DNA from: an uncultured Candidatus Saccharibacteria bacterium
GTDB lineage: Bacteria > Patescibacteriota > Saccharimonadia > QS-5-54-17
Assembly (NCBI GenBank): GCA_964415975.1
Contig: CAYQCN010000002.1
Coordinates: 1 to 62,352, forward strand
Length of the DNA: 62,352 bases
Direction: 5' to 3'
Shown here: one piece after another, positions 1 through 8,834 of the stretch
Layout: each line of letters starts with the position of its first letter
Numbering within the stretch: the first letter of the stretch is position 1
Translations under genes and position numbers: made by a program
Notes under the pieces: generated by a model
Databases searched by the model: none
The model's input: only the letters and a program-made list of their open reading frames with translations
What the model was told of the DNA's origin: nothing

Positions 1-119
1 AACGCGGGTTCAGATTAGTGTCAAATCTTTGATTTGTACACTAAATAATTAGATGATGGAATAAGCCTGAAGGGCTTAGTCTGCCATCGTGAGTTAATCC
101 TGCTGGGGTCACCATCAGC

Positions 120-263
120 AAATACAATAGCCCCGAAAGGGGCTGTTTTATTTGCTAGTTGCTGCAACCGGCGTCGAACCCGGCATCTTGCGAAGCAAAA
201 TGGGCGCGACTCGAGATTTGGATTTGTCTAGAGTGTTTGTGCTGGCATATTTTTTGCATTGAC
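120..263 (-). ncRNA. Candidate ~140-nt small RNA (unknown class) between an extended -10 promoter and the 129-153 terminator
   Basis: Minus strand carries TGtTATAAT (+ coords 278-270), then several short hairpins, then the terminator. One hairpin is a T-arm-like CCGG-GTTCGACG-CCGG. No ORF longer than 12 codons. Confidence 0.2.
129..153. terminator. Rho-independent terminator-like hairpin (AGCCCC-GAAA-GGGGCT) with T-rich tails on both strands
   Basis: 6-bp GC stem 129-134/139-144 with a GAAA loop, followed by GTTTTATTT on + and ATTGTATTT on -. Confidence 0.65.
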
Positions 264-287
264 ATAACCATTATAACATGTTAATGT
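259..287 (+). promoter_or_regulatory. Sigma70-like promoter TTGACA-17 nt-TAATGT driving the 378-698 ORF
   Basis: Exact TTGACA at 259-264 and TAATGT at 282-287 with a 17-nt spacer. It overlaps back-to-back with the minus-strand TGnTATAAT. Confidence 0.4.
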
Positions 288-377
288 ATTTATAATTCCT
301 TTCTGGATGGAGGGGTGGTTCGGATCTGATCCGGGCAACGGCTATGCTTCGAGCCTTATACGAAGTGCACGTTAAAA

Positions 378-698
378 ATGGAGAGTCGGATGACTTCCAC
401 GGAAAAGAAGACACTCGTCAACGGCCCGTCCCGCGAGGCGCTGATCGATGCGTTCAAGTACGCCTATGATCGTCGCCACCCACACGAGGTGGTGTTCGTC
501 ACTGAAGGTGGAGCCGAAGTCTCCATCGCTATCAAGGTCTTGCGCCACGATGATGGCAGCGGGAACAGCTTCATCTTCGAGGGAAACGTGAAGAGCGTAA
601 CTAGGAACAACGTGCGCTCGAATGTGGGTCGCAGCAACTCCGTAGTGGGCTACTTCAACACCCGTTCGCGGAATGGGTGGATGCAACGAGCTCAGTGA
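378..698 (+). CDS. Hypothetical 106-aa protein with anomalous G/C-ending codon usage
   Basis: Strong 3-nt periodicity, with about 78 of 106 third positions G/C by hand count. All Lys are AAG, all Phe TTC and all Ile ATC. No motif I recognise. The overlapping antisense and off-frame ORFs look like high-GC shadows. Confidence 0.6.
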   Translation: MESRMTSTEKKTLVNGPSREALIDAFKYAYDRRHPHEVVFVTEGGAEVSIAIKVLRHDDGSGNSFIFEGNVKSVTRNNVRSNVGRSNSVVGYFNTRSRNGWMQRAQ

Positions 699-1091
699 CA
701 TACAACTCTCCACACCGTAAGGACGTCGAAGCACATAACACGTGCAAATACAGACTCCAGCTTGGTACGACAAGCCAAGCATACGCCGCAGGATGTGGTT
801 CGTCATTTTTGACGAATCTTCTCAAATCCTGTGGCTGTTTCTTTTTAATCAGTATGAGTTTTATACGCATAATAATTGGCGCTAACACTAAAAGTTACTA
901 TTTAAGATTTTTATCCTTATTCAAATAAATCTCTATTTGCCGAATAAGGACTACGTGCAATGACTTGGTCATTTCCAGTGCTTGACCTCGGAGCTGACAT
1001 AGATATGGTTGAGTGTGTTTTTATGCAAAGAGGCATAATATTTTCAAAAACCTTACAAACTGACTCTAAGCTTGCTACACTATTCTGAGTA

Positions 1092-2507
1092 ATGGCAATA
1101 AAATTCAAACGCACCAAAATCATCGCCAGCATTGGGCCGGCTTCAGACAGTTATGAGACTGTCGAGAAGTTGATTCGTGTCGGTGTCAATGGCGCCCGTC
1201 TTAATCTTTCTCACGGCAATCATGAAGGTCACGCTCAGCGCATAGACTGGGTGAGAGAGGCATCAGAGGCTACGGGTAAGCCAATTGCGGTAATTGCTGA
1301 TCTGCAGGGTCCCAAGATACGTGTTGGTGAGTTGCCAGAGTCAGGTATTGATCTGGAAGAAGGTGAGGTGGTTAATTTTCAGTTCAAGGCCGATTATGAA
1401 GAATCTGGCAATATACCGCTTCAGTTTGATTTTAGCGACAAGATAAACCCTGGAGAGGATATATTCCTATCTGATGGAAAGCTGCAAGTAGGAGTAACAG
1501 AAGTCCAGGGTGGCGTCATAACTGGAGAGGTATTGCAGGGAGGCAACCTTAAATCGCGCAAGGGCATCAATCTACCAGATACTTATCTTGAAGGCGATAT
1601 ATTGACTACTAAAGATTATAAAGACATCGATTTTATACTAGGGCAAGATGTTAACTATATTGCGTTGTCTTTTGTGCAGTGTGCTTCTGATGTAGAACAC
1701 CTTCGCGAATATCTACAAAGCCATAATTCGGACATAAAGATTATTGCCAAAATCGAAACCAAGCCGGCTCTTGAGAATATCGAAGACATTATCAGTGTAA
1801 GTGATGGGATTATGGTGGCGCGTGGCGATTTGGCTTTAGAGGCCGGCGCAGAAGTAGTGCCGGTTGTTCAGAGAGAGATGATTAGCTCTGCTCAGCAACA
1901 AGGCAAGATCGTGATAGTGGCCACCCAGATGTTAGCTAGCATGACTGATTCTGCCACTCCAACTAGAGCTGAGGTATCTGATATATCGGCTGCAGTGGTA
2001 AGGGGTGCTGACTGCTTGATGCTGAGTGATGAGACCGCGTCTGGTAAATACCCTGTAGAGGCCGTAAAGCTTATGAAGCGAGTCAGCCTGTATTCTGAAG
2101 AAAATTCTCCATTTGAGCCAGTATTTAGAAAGCAAAACGACAACTCTCAAGGCAGTGCAATCGCATCAGCAGCGATTACACTAGCCCACCAAGTGAAGGC
2201 CAAAGCTATAATCGCAGAGACTGCTACTGGGCGTACAGCTCGCAACATAGCTGCTCATAGACCACAGATGCCTGTTATTGTTGCTACTACCAATATGCGA
2301 GTAGCTCAAGAGTTAGCTATATTGTACGGTGGCAAATCTTTTTATTACGACGAGCCAGAAGAAGCTGGCGGCAAAGCAATAGCCCATTTGCGCGATGTAG
2401 GCAGCCTCGATGTGGGTGATGTGGTGGTGCTTACATACGGTAAGCAGCCTGGTGCTCCTGATGGAACCGATACTATTAAAGTTCGTGAGGTTGAGCCGTC
2501 TGCATGA
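1092..2507 (+). CDS. pyk: Pyruvate kinase
   Basis: 471 aa with RTKIIASIGPAS, NLSHG, IAKIE and MVARGDL motifs. ATGA overlap with pgk. Confidence 0.95.
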   Translation: MAIKFKRTKIIASIGPASDSYETVEKLIRVGVNGARLNLSHGNHEGHAQRIDWVREASEATGKPIAVIADLQGPKIRVGELPESGIDLEEGEVVNFQFKADYEESGNIPLQFDFSDKINPGEDIFLSDGKLQVGVTEVQGGVITGEVLQGGNLKSRKGINLPDTYLEGDILTTKDYKDIDFILGQDVNYIALSFVQCASDVEHLREYLQSHNSDIKIIAKIETKPALENIEDIISVSDGIMVARGDLALEAGAEVVPVVQREMISSAQQQGKIVIVATQMLASMTDSATPTRAEVSDISAAVVRGADCLMLSDETASGKYPVEAVKLMKRVSLYSEENSPFEPVFRKQNDNSQGSAIASAAITLAHQVKAKAIIAETATGRTARNIAAHRPQMPVIVATTNMRVAQELAILYGGKSFYYDEPEEAGGKAIAHLRDVGSLDVGDVVVLTYGKQPGAPDGTDTIKVREVEPSA

Positions 2508-3730
2508 AGACAGTCTATGATGTAGACATTGAAGGCAAGACAGTTCTTTTAAGAGCCGATTACAATGTGCCGATTAGTAGCGGCAATATAACTGATGATT
2601 ATCGCATAAAACAGTCACTGCCAACACTCGAATACTTACTAGAAAAGGCCGAAGCGGTAGTAGTTGTGAGCCACTTAGGGCGCCCTAAGGGTGAGAGGAA
2701 TATGGAATACTCCCTGCGCCCTGTAGCTGAGCGCTTACAAGATTTGATCGACCAGCCTGTATCGCTCGCATCGTCTATCGATGAGGTAGACACAGGCAAA
2801 AACAAGCTTGTCCTTTTGGAGAATCTGAGGTTTTGGCCAGGAGAAGAAGAGAACAGTGAAGAGTTTGCGGCCGAGCTTGCCGGTCTAGCGGATTTATTGG
2901 TGCAAGATGGCTTTGGGGTGGTGCACAGAGCCCACGCATCTACTGAGGCAATTTCTCGACACCTACCTTGTATCGCTGGTGTTTTGCTCGAAAAAGAGAT
3001 TCGCCATATCTCTGAAGCGCTGGAAAATCCCAAGAGGCCATTAGTAGTCGTCCTGGGAGGTGCAAAGATATCTGACAAGATCCAAGTGATACAGCGGTTC
3101 GTTGAGCGGGCCGATCACATACTAATAGGTGGGGCTATGGCCAATACGTTCTTTGCCTATCAAGGTCTAGAAGTTGGTAAAAGTAGCTACGAGCCTGAGC
3201 AAGACAAAGTCATCGAAGACTTGTTGCATAAAATTATCCATAAAGAAGGGTCGGATGAATGCAGTGCATGTGATGAATTGAGGGAGCAAGGTCAGCTGCT
3301 GGCTACTCAGCATACGATTGAGTTGCCGATGGATGTGGCGGTGGCTAAGAGCATAGATAAGAGTGAGCGACGGATAGTTGTTTATCCCGAGGAGGTTAAT
3401 AGTGACGAATATATTCTTGATATTGGCCCACGAACTATTGAGCACTTTCAATCCATAATAGCTGAAGCTGGCACCGTAATCTGGAACGGGCCACTTGGCC
3501 TGACAGAACTGCCTGCCTTTGCTGAAGGTTCAAACCATATTGCAGCTACTCTCAAGGACAATAAAGATTCTATTGCCAGTATCATTGGCGGGGGAGACAC
3601 TGCTGGATTTGTCGTGCAGTGGGACCTTGAAGGTGGAGAGAGCTTCACTCATGTCTCTACCGGAGGTGGTGCCGCTCTTGATTTGATGGCAGGCAAAGAG
3701 CTGCCGGGTGTGAGCGTTCTCGATTCTTAA
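2504..3730 (+). CDS. pgk: Phosphoglycerate kinase
   Basis: 408 aa with RADYNVP, SHLGRPKG, GGAKISDK and STGGGA motifs. Confidence 0.95.
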   Translation: MKTVYDVDIEGKTVLLRADYNVPISSGNITDDYRIKQSLPTLEYLLEKAEAVVVVSHLGRPKGERNMEYSLRPVAERLQDLIDQPVSLASSIDEVDTGKNKLVLLENLRFWPGEEENSEEFAAELAGLADLLVQDGFGVVHRAHASTEAISRHLPCIAGVLLEKEIRHISEALENPKRPLVVVLGGAKISDKIQVIQRFVERADHILIGGAMANTFFAYQGLEVGKSSYEPEQDKVIEDLLHKIIHKEGSDECSACDELREQGQLLATQHTIELPMDVAVAKSIDKSERRIVVYPEEVNSDEYILDIGPRTIEHFQSIIAEAGTVIWNGPLGLTELPAFAEGSNHIAATLKDNKDSIASIIGGGDTAGFVVQWDLEGGESFTHVSTGGGAALDLMAGKELPGVSVLDS

Positions 3731-3791
3731 AGAGAAATTTTTAGTTGCTACTTGCCTGCTGGTTAGAGTACACTAAATAAGCAGAAGCCTT

Positions 3792-4553
3792 ATGAGTAAA
3801 CCCTTTATTGCCGGTAACTGGAAGATGAACCTTGGCCTAGAAGCGTCAATAACATTGGCGACTTCAGTCGATGAGCGCGCTAAGGAGCATAAAGAAAAAG
3901 TAGATGTAGCTATATTTCCCTCTTTTCACATTTTGAGTGCAGCTAGCGATAAAATCTCACATGCTAAGCTGGGCGCACAAAATGTGTATTTTAAAGATGA
4001 AGGTGCTTTTACTGGGGAGGTATCTGCTGCACAAGTGTCTGAGTTGGTAGACTACGCTATAGTGGGCCACTCTGAGAGGCGATATGTGTTTGGAGAAGTT
4101 GACGAGTTGATTGCTCGCAAGGCAGCTGCATGTGTGCGCAATGAGCTGACACCAATTATATGTGTAGGTGAGACTCAGCACGAAAGAGAGCAAGGGGAGA
4201 CCACTCAAGTCATAAATGACCAAATAGCCACCAACTTGACTATGCTGACAGCTGAAGATGTTGCAAGCAGCATAATTGCCTACGAGCCGGTTTGGGCAAT
4301 CGGTACCGGCAACACGGCCAGGCCTGAAGATGTAGCTAGAGCTATAGACACAATTCATCACAGTGTCGAGGAGACTTTTGGTGCCCGTGCTGCAGAGTCA
4401 GTACGTGTACTATATGGCGGTAGCGTAAAGGCAGACACAGCCGGTGCATTTTTAGATATAAACCAAGTCGATGGCCTGCTGGTTGGCGGCTCTAGCCTAG
4501 ATGGTGATGAATTTGGGGCCATTATTAATCGGGCTGCCGATGGAGCCGAGTAA
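3792..4553 (+). CDS. tpiA: Triosephosphate isomerase
   Basis: AGNWKMN, VGHSERR, YEPVWAIGTG and YGGSV motifs. Confidence 0.95.
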   Translation: MSKPFIAGNWKMNLGLEASITLATSVDERAKEHKEKVDVAIFPSFHILSAASDKISHAKLGAQNVYFKDEGAFTGEVSAAQVSELVDYAIVGHSERRYVFGEVDELIARKAAACVRNELTPIICVGETQHEREQGETTQVINDQIATNLTMLTAEDVASSIIAYEPVWAIGTGNTARPEDVARAIDTIHHSVEETFGARAAESVRVLYGGSVKADTAGAFLDINQVDGLLVGGSSLDGDEFGAIINRAADGAE

Positions 4554-4641
4554 TACCGAGAAGATAGAGGTGAAGGTAAAGACCAAAAAGGCGCCACACT
4601 CTTCGCCGCGTCAAGATAGAGACGGTGGCTTTGCGCAAGAT

Positions 4642-5196
4642 ATGAATTTAAAATCAGCTTCAGAACCGGTCGAATCAAGCGACAGCCGAACTCTAGATCC
4701 GGTCACGGATAAAAAGGACTTATCATACACTTCAGGTAATAGCGAAAAAGATTCGTCGGAGTTGACGCTGGAGTCGGCTTCTAGGGAAATCAGCAACGAG
4801 TCATTCGACGACTCCGTAGATGAACCATCTTCAGGTGTATATAAAGAGGGCAGACTGAATTCGAACGAGAGCGCAGGTGATTCAATTCATACGCAAAATC
4901 CAGCGATATATAAAGACGGAGATGATGACGCAGCAGGGGTTAATTATCAGTCAACTGAATTTGATGATTTTTACTCGAGCAAATTACAGCTAGATGGTAG
5001 TAATCAAAGTGAAGAAAACTCCCAAGAGGGAATAAAATTTCAGAAGGGAAAAGCCTCAAGACAATACTCTCAAAACTCTTGGCGAGTTTGGTTCATATTT
5101 TTAATATTCATTATCACTGCCTTTGCCGGATTTGTGACCCTTTATCAACTGGAGGAGCAGTCTCCAGGCTCGGGTATTATTTTTGATTGGTTTTAG
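4642..5196 (+). CDS. Hypothetical Ser/Asp/Glu-rich protein with a single C-terminal TM helix; start uncertain (4540 or 4642)
   Basis: ORF 4501-5196. Low-complexity acidic region followed by WRVWFIFLIFIITAFAGFVTLY. It occupies the position where secG often follows tpiA but is not SecG-like. Confidence 0.5.
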   Translation: MNLKSASEPVESSDSRTLDPVTDKKDLSYTSGNSEKDSSELTLESASREISNESFDDSVDEPSSGVYKEGRLNSNESAGDSIHTQNPAIYKDGDDDAAGVNYQSTEFDDFYSSKLQLDGSNQSEENSQEGIKFQKGKASRQYSQNSWRVWFIFLIFIITAFAGFVTLYQLEEQSPGSGIIFDWF

Positions 5197-5273
5197 TAAG
5201 ATTGTTGTGCTTGTAGCTGTTTTTCGCTACAGTGTCTGTAACTTTTAAAATTAAATAACAAGAGGAACTTGAT

Positions 5274-6566
5274 ATGGACAATAAGCCCAAAGATAGCACA
5301 GAGCCAAACACAACAATTCAACCTAATCAGCATCCGCAAGATGATGTTCCAAGCGACAACGAACCTCAAACTGTCGATGAAGCTCTGAGAGATATGGAGG
5401 CTAATAAAAGTGCAGAATCGGGTGCGAGCGAGTACCCTGCAGGCTCAGACCTTGGAGGTCAAGAGACTGCCAGCGCGTCTAGCCCTCAGGCTGATTCTGA
5501 GGAAAAGTCCGGCTCTAAGAAGCCTCTTTGGATCAGTCTAGCTTCAGTGTTTGTTTTGGCATTGTTTGGGCTGGGTGGCTACATGGCTTATGCACAGATG
5601 TATATGCCGCAGCAGGCACCGATTAGCTATTTTGAGCAACTAGCAGACTTTAACTCGGGAGAGTTTGAAGTGAGCTTAGACTTGCCGGATGATGAGCTTG
5701 GCAACGATTTTGATGTCAGCATGAAAGGTGAGTTTATCAATACCAATGATGAGTATGCTTTTGATGTTCAGACCAATATAGATTTTGGGGCTGGAGCCTT
5801 TGGCATAGATGCAGATTTAGATGTCAGATATGTAGAAGAGGTAGTATATCTGCGCAGCAACCTTATAGAGTTTTTGACAATGGGTATGCCTGCTGGGATG
5901 GGCGGGCCACAGATAGACCCAGATGGTTGGTATAGCATAGAGCTCGATGAAGAGCAGCAGGATGAGTTGTCAGAAACATTTGATGTGGACCTAATGCAAC
6001 TTAATGAAGCCTGCAGCGATGACGACGCAGCTGCACTTGAAGACTATTTACGAAACGATGCAGCTGACAATATAGAGATTTTAGACGCTACGAGACATGA
6101 TTGGTTTGGCAAAGATCGAGATGGTCAGAGGGTTAACCATTACAGCGGGACTATTGAAGGTACAAGCTTTGTAGCGGTAGCCGAGGGCGCTGTAGAGGTG
6201 ACAAGCGATGACTGTATATCTGATGATGACATAGAGGAAATAGATAGAGAGCAGGCTGAGAAGGTGTCGCTGGAGTACGATCTGTATAGTGGCAGTGATC
6301 ACGATGAAATGGTCGTATCTTTTATAGAAGAGGGTGAAAAAGAGTTTGGCTTTACGCTTAAAACCGGTAACTACAATGGCGATATCGATATAAATGCCCC
6401 AGAAGAGTCGCAGCCACTCGAGGATATATTAGGAGATTTAGAGGGTTTGTTTGCTCCAGCCGAGCCACAGCCCGAGCCTGGCCTCCCTCAAGATGATGAA
6501 TTTGAAGAGCTAGAAGAATTCGACTTCGAAGCTGAGTTTGATGAATCAGATTTTCAAGTACAGTAA
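5274..6566 (+). CDS. Hypothetical membrane-anchored acidic protein
   Basis: 430 aa. Disordered N-terminus, TM helix LWISLASVFVLALFGLGGYMAY, and a highly acidic extracytoplasmic domain. AGAGGA Shine-Dalgarno (SD) sequence upstream. Confidence 0.65.
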   Translation: MDNKPKDSTEPNTTIQPNQHPQDDVPSDNEPQTVDEALRDMEANKSAESGASEYPAGSDLGGQETASASSPQADSEEKSGSKKPLWISLASVFVLALFGLGGYMAYAQMYMPQQAPISYFEQLADFNSGEFEVSLDLPDDELGNDFDVSMKGEFINTNDEYAFDVQTNIDFGAGAFGIDADLDVRYVEEVVYLRSNLIEFLTMGMPAGMGGPQIDPDGWYSIELDEEQQDELSETFDVDLMQLNEACSDDDAAALEDYLRNDAADNIEILDATRHDWFGKDRDGQRVNHYSGTIEGTSFVAVAEGAVEVTSDDCISDDDIEEIDREQAEKVSLEYDLYSGSDHDEMVVSFIEEGEKEFGFTLKTGNYNGDIDINAPEESQPLEDILGDLEGLFAPAEPQPEPGLPQDDEFEELEEFDFEAEFDESDFQVQ

Positions 6567-6591
6567 ATATATCGACCAACACTAAAAACAT

Positions 6592-6626
6592 AAAACTCCC
6601 TCTTAGGCGAGGGGGTTTTATTTAAA
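6592..6626 (+). terminator. Rho-independent terminator
   Basis: AAAACTCCCTC / GAGGGGGTTTT stem with loop TTAGGC, then a TTTTATTT tail. Located 26 nt after the stop at 6566. Confidence 0.7.
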
Positions 6627-6690
6627 TTTTCTACAAAATGGTACTGTTTTGTACTAGATACAAAGCTTTGAAGGCGCTAGAATATGATAT

Positions 6691-8766
6691 GTGACTTTGC
6701 TCAAAAACCTAAACCCACAACAAGCTGAAGCAGCTCAGTATACAGACGGTCCGCTATTGATTTTGGCCGGTGCCGGCAGCGGCAAGACTAAGACTCTTAC
6801 TCATCGTATAGCTCACCTTATTGATGAGCACGGAGTGCATCCGCGTAACATTTTGGCAGTTACTTTTACCAATAAGGCAGCTACTGAAATGCGCGAAAGA
6901 GTGTCGACGTTGCTAGGCAGAGACGCCCATGACCGTAGCTTTATGCCGTATCTAGGGACTTTTCACTCAGTATGTGTCCGTATACTTCGCCAAGAAGCTG
7001 ACAAGATAGGCCTAAGCCGCCAGTTCGTTATATTTGACTCCCAAGACTCGATGGCTGCAATAAAGCAGATTATGCGAGAGCTCGGCATAGATGATAAGCG
7101 TTACAAGCCGGCTGCGATTAGGGGTCTTATCTCATCGGCTAAGAATGAACTGGTTGATTATGAAGAATATAAAAGTCTTGCTAGTGGCGACCTGCAGCAG
7201 GTAGCGGCCAGTGTATATCCTAGGTATCAGCGCACTCTAAATGATGCACAAGCACTAGATTTTGACGATTTGCTCTTAGCTACAGTCAAGATGTTCAGTC
7301 AACAACCGGATATATTAAAGAGGTGGCGAGGCCAGTTTGAATACATATTGATAGATGAATACCAGGACACGAACCATGTTCAGTACCAATTTGTAAAGTT
7401 GTTGGCTCAAGAACATAAGAATGTTTGCGTGGTGGGTGATGATTGGCAGTCTGTTTATTCTTGGCGAGGGGCTAACTTTCGTAACATTCTTGATTTTGAG
7501 AGAGATTACCCAGAGGCCAAAGTAGTAAAGCTGGAGCAGAATTATCGTTCTACTAGACCTATTCTAGATGCCGCTCAAAGTATTATATCGAAAAATGAGG
7601 CTAGGTCTGATAAGGAGCTGTGGACTGAAAAATCCGAAGGCGAACCGGTGCGCATACATCAGGCCGCTAATGACTTAGAAGAGAGCCGGTTTGTGGTGGA
7701 CCTAATAAGGCAGTTCGGCTATAACCATGAAGATGTGGCGGTGCTGTACCGTACAAATGCCCAATCTCGAGCCTTGGAGGAAGCATTTATCCGTTTCGGC
7801 ATACCATACCAGATAGTGGGCGGCACTCGTTTTTATGAGCGCCAAGAAGTGAAGGACATGCTGGCTTATATACGCCTCGCCTATCAGCCCGATGACATGT
7901 TGAGCTTTCGCCGTATAGTCAACGTGCCCACGAGAGGGATAGGAGCTAAGACGCTTGAGAACTTTCTTGATTGGCAGGCCGCAAATGGCTACACCTTGTC
8001 CCAGGCCCTGCACAGTGTAGATCTAGCGCCAGATATTAGCTCACGCGCCAGAAAAGGCCTGCAAGAGTTGTCGGCTTTAATTCAGGAGGCTCATCATAGG
8101 CTGGAAGCACCTGGCGATGTCGTGCAGTTTTTGGCTAAGCGATCGGGGTATATAGACTTTCTAAATGATGGTACTGTTCAGGCGCCTGATCGTATTGAGA
8201 ATGTGGAGGAGCTTATAAATGTTGCTAGTCGTTACGATGACATGTCCGAATTCCTAGAAGAGGTCGCACTGGTGAGTGATGTAGACAGTATGGAGTCGGG
8301 CGCAAAGACAGTGACGCTCATGACATTGCACGCAGCCAAAGGATTAGAATTTCCAGCGGTATTTATGGTCGGCATGGAAGAAGGGGTATTCCCTCACTCG
8401 CGTAGCTTGTTTGACGAGGAGGAGATGGAAGAAGAGAGAAGACTTTGCTATGTAGGCATGACTAGAGCTATGCAGTCACTTCATCTACTGCATGCCCAAT
8501 CACGAATGCTGTACGGCAAGACCATGAGTAATTCCCCTGCCCGGTTTTTAAGTGAGATAGAGTCTGAATCTATGCGCGACGATTTCTCGCAGCCAGCTGT
8601 AGCTGTTTCTAGGCCTGAGCTTAAAACCGGCGACAGTGTTCGTCATCCTGTATTTGGCATGGGTGTTGTCAGTGATGTCAATGATGCCGAGGTGCAGATA
8701 GCCTTTGCCGGTACCGGCATTAAAAAGCTGCTGCTCGAGCATGCTCCCCTAGAAAAGATTGAATAA
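6691..8766 (+). CDS. pcrA: ATP-dependent DNA helicase, PcrA/UvrD family (GTG start)
   Basis: Walker A AGAGSGKT, DEYQDTN, QNYRS, TLHAAKGLEF and CYVGMTRA motifs. Confidence 0.9.
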   Translation: MTLLKNLNPQQAEAAQYTDGPLLILAGAGSGKTKTLTHRIAHLIDEHGVHPRNILAVTFTNKAATEMRERVSTLLGRDAHDRSFMPYLGTFHSVCVRILRQEADKIGLSRQFVIFDSQDSMAAIKQIMRELGIDDKRYKPAAIRGLISSAKNELVDYEEYKSLASGDLQQVAASVYPRYQRTLNDAQALDFDDLLLATVKMFSQQPDILKRWRGQFEYILIDEYQDTNHVQYQFVKLLAQEHKNVCVVGDDWQSVYSWRGANFRNILDFERDYPEAKVVKLEQNYRSTRPILDAAQSIISKNEARSDKELWTEKSEGEPVRIHQAANDLEESRFVVDLIRQFGYNHEDVAVLYRTNAQSRALEEAFIRFGIPYQIVGGTRFYERQEVKDMLAYIRLAYQPDDMLSFRRIVNVPTRGIGAKTLENFLDWQAANGYTLSQALHSVDLAPDISSRARKGLQELSALIQEAHHRLEAPGDVVQFLAKRSGYIDFLNDGTVQAPDRIENVEELINVASRYDDMSEFLEEVALVSDVDSMESGAKTVTLMTLHAAKGLEFPAVFMVGMEEGVFPHSRSLFDEEEMEEERRLCYVGMTRAMQSLHLLHAQSRMLYGKTMSNSPARFLSEIESESMRDDFSQPAVAVSRPELKTGDSVRHPVFGMGVVSDVNDAEVQIAFAGTGIKKLLLEHAPLEKIE

Positions 8767-8834
8767 CCAAGGCTAAATCGTTGAAGCTATTGTGGCATTT
8801 GACAGTTAGAGCAGGCGTAGTTAGTTACTTGTGG

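Noticed and set aside
1-20. ACGCGGGTTCAGATT at the window edge resembles the T-arm of a tRNA or tmRNA 3' end.
   Set aside because: The following bases (AGTG...) cannot pair to close a T-stem, and there is no acceptor/CCA context. The upstream part is outside the window, so nothing can be supported.
165-190. Minus-strand GCCGGGTTCGACGCCGG looks like a tRNA T-arm.
   Set aside because: Only a 4-bp stem with an 8-nt loop forms. I could build no complementary acceptor 5' strand, anticodon arm or D-arm in the flanking ~80 nt. It is treated only as part of a candidate sRNA.
312-336. GGGGTGGTTCGGATCTGATCCGGG resembles the 5' end of tmRNA (GGGG..G...GGATTCGAC..GGG).
   Set aside because: There is no matching 3' T-arm/ACCA end within ~400 nt. 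The downstream 321 nt show clear protein-coding periodicity rather than a short tag ORF plus pseudoknots.
372-928. Overlapping ORFs 372-806(-), 655-888(-) and 677-928(+) from the ORF track.
   Set aside because: They overlap the strongly periodic + frame ORF 378-698 or run into AT-rich non-coding sequence. Their translations are Cys/Arg-rich and lack periodicity, which is typical of high-GC shadow ORFs.
960-1088. 42-codon ORF ending 3 nt before the pyk start codon (possible upstream ORF).
   Set aside because: It has no Shine-Dalgarno, lies in an AT-rich region where such ORFs arise by chance, and has nothing distinctive in the peptide. It cannot be supported without conservation data.
2599-3078. 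Long antisense ORFs inside well-supported genes. Examples: 2599-3078(-), 9797-10177(-), 16050-16598(-), 22885-23319(-), 33762-34238(-), 48906-49319(-), 57235-57681(-).
   Set aside because: Each lies entirely opposite a gene with clear family motifs. The translations are low-complexity (Ser/Pro/Arg-rich) with no domains, so they are shadow ORFs.
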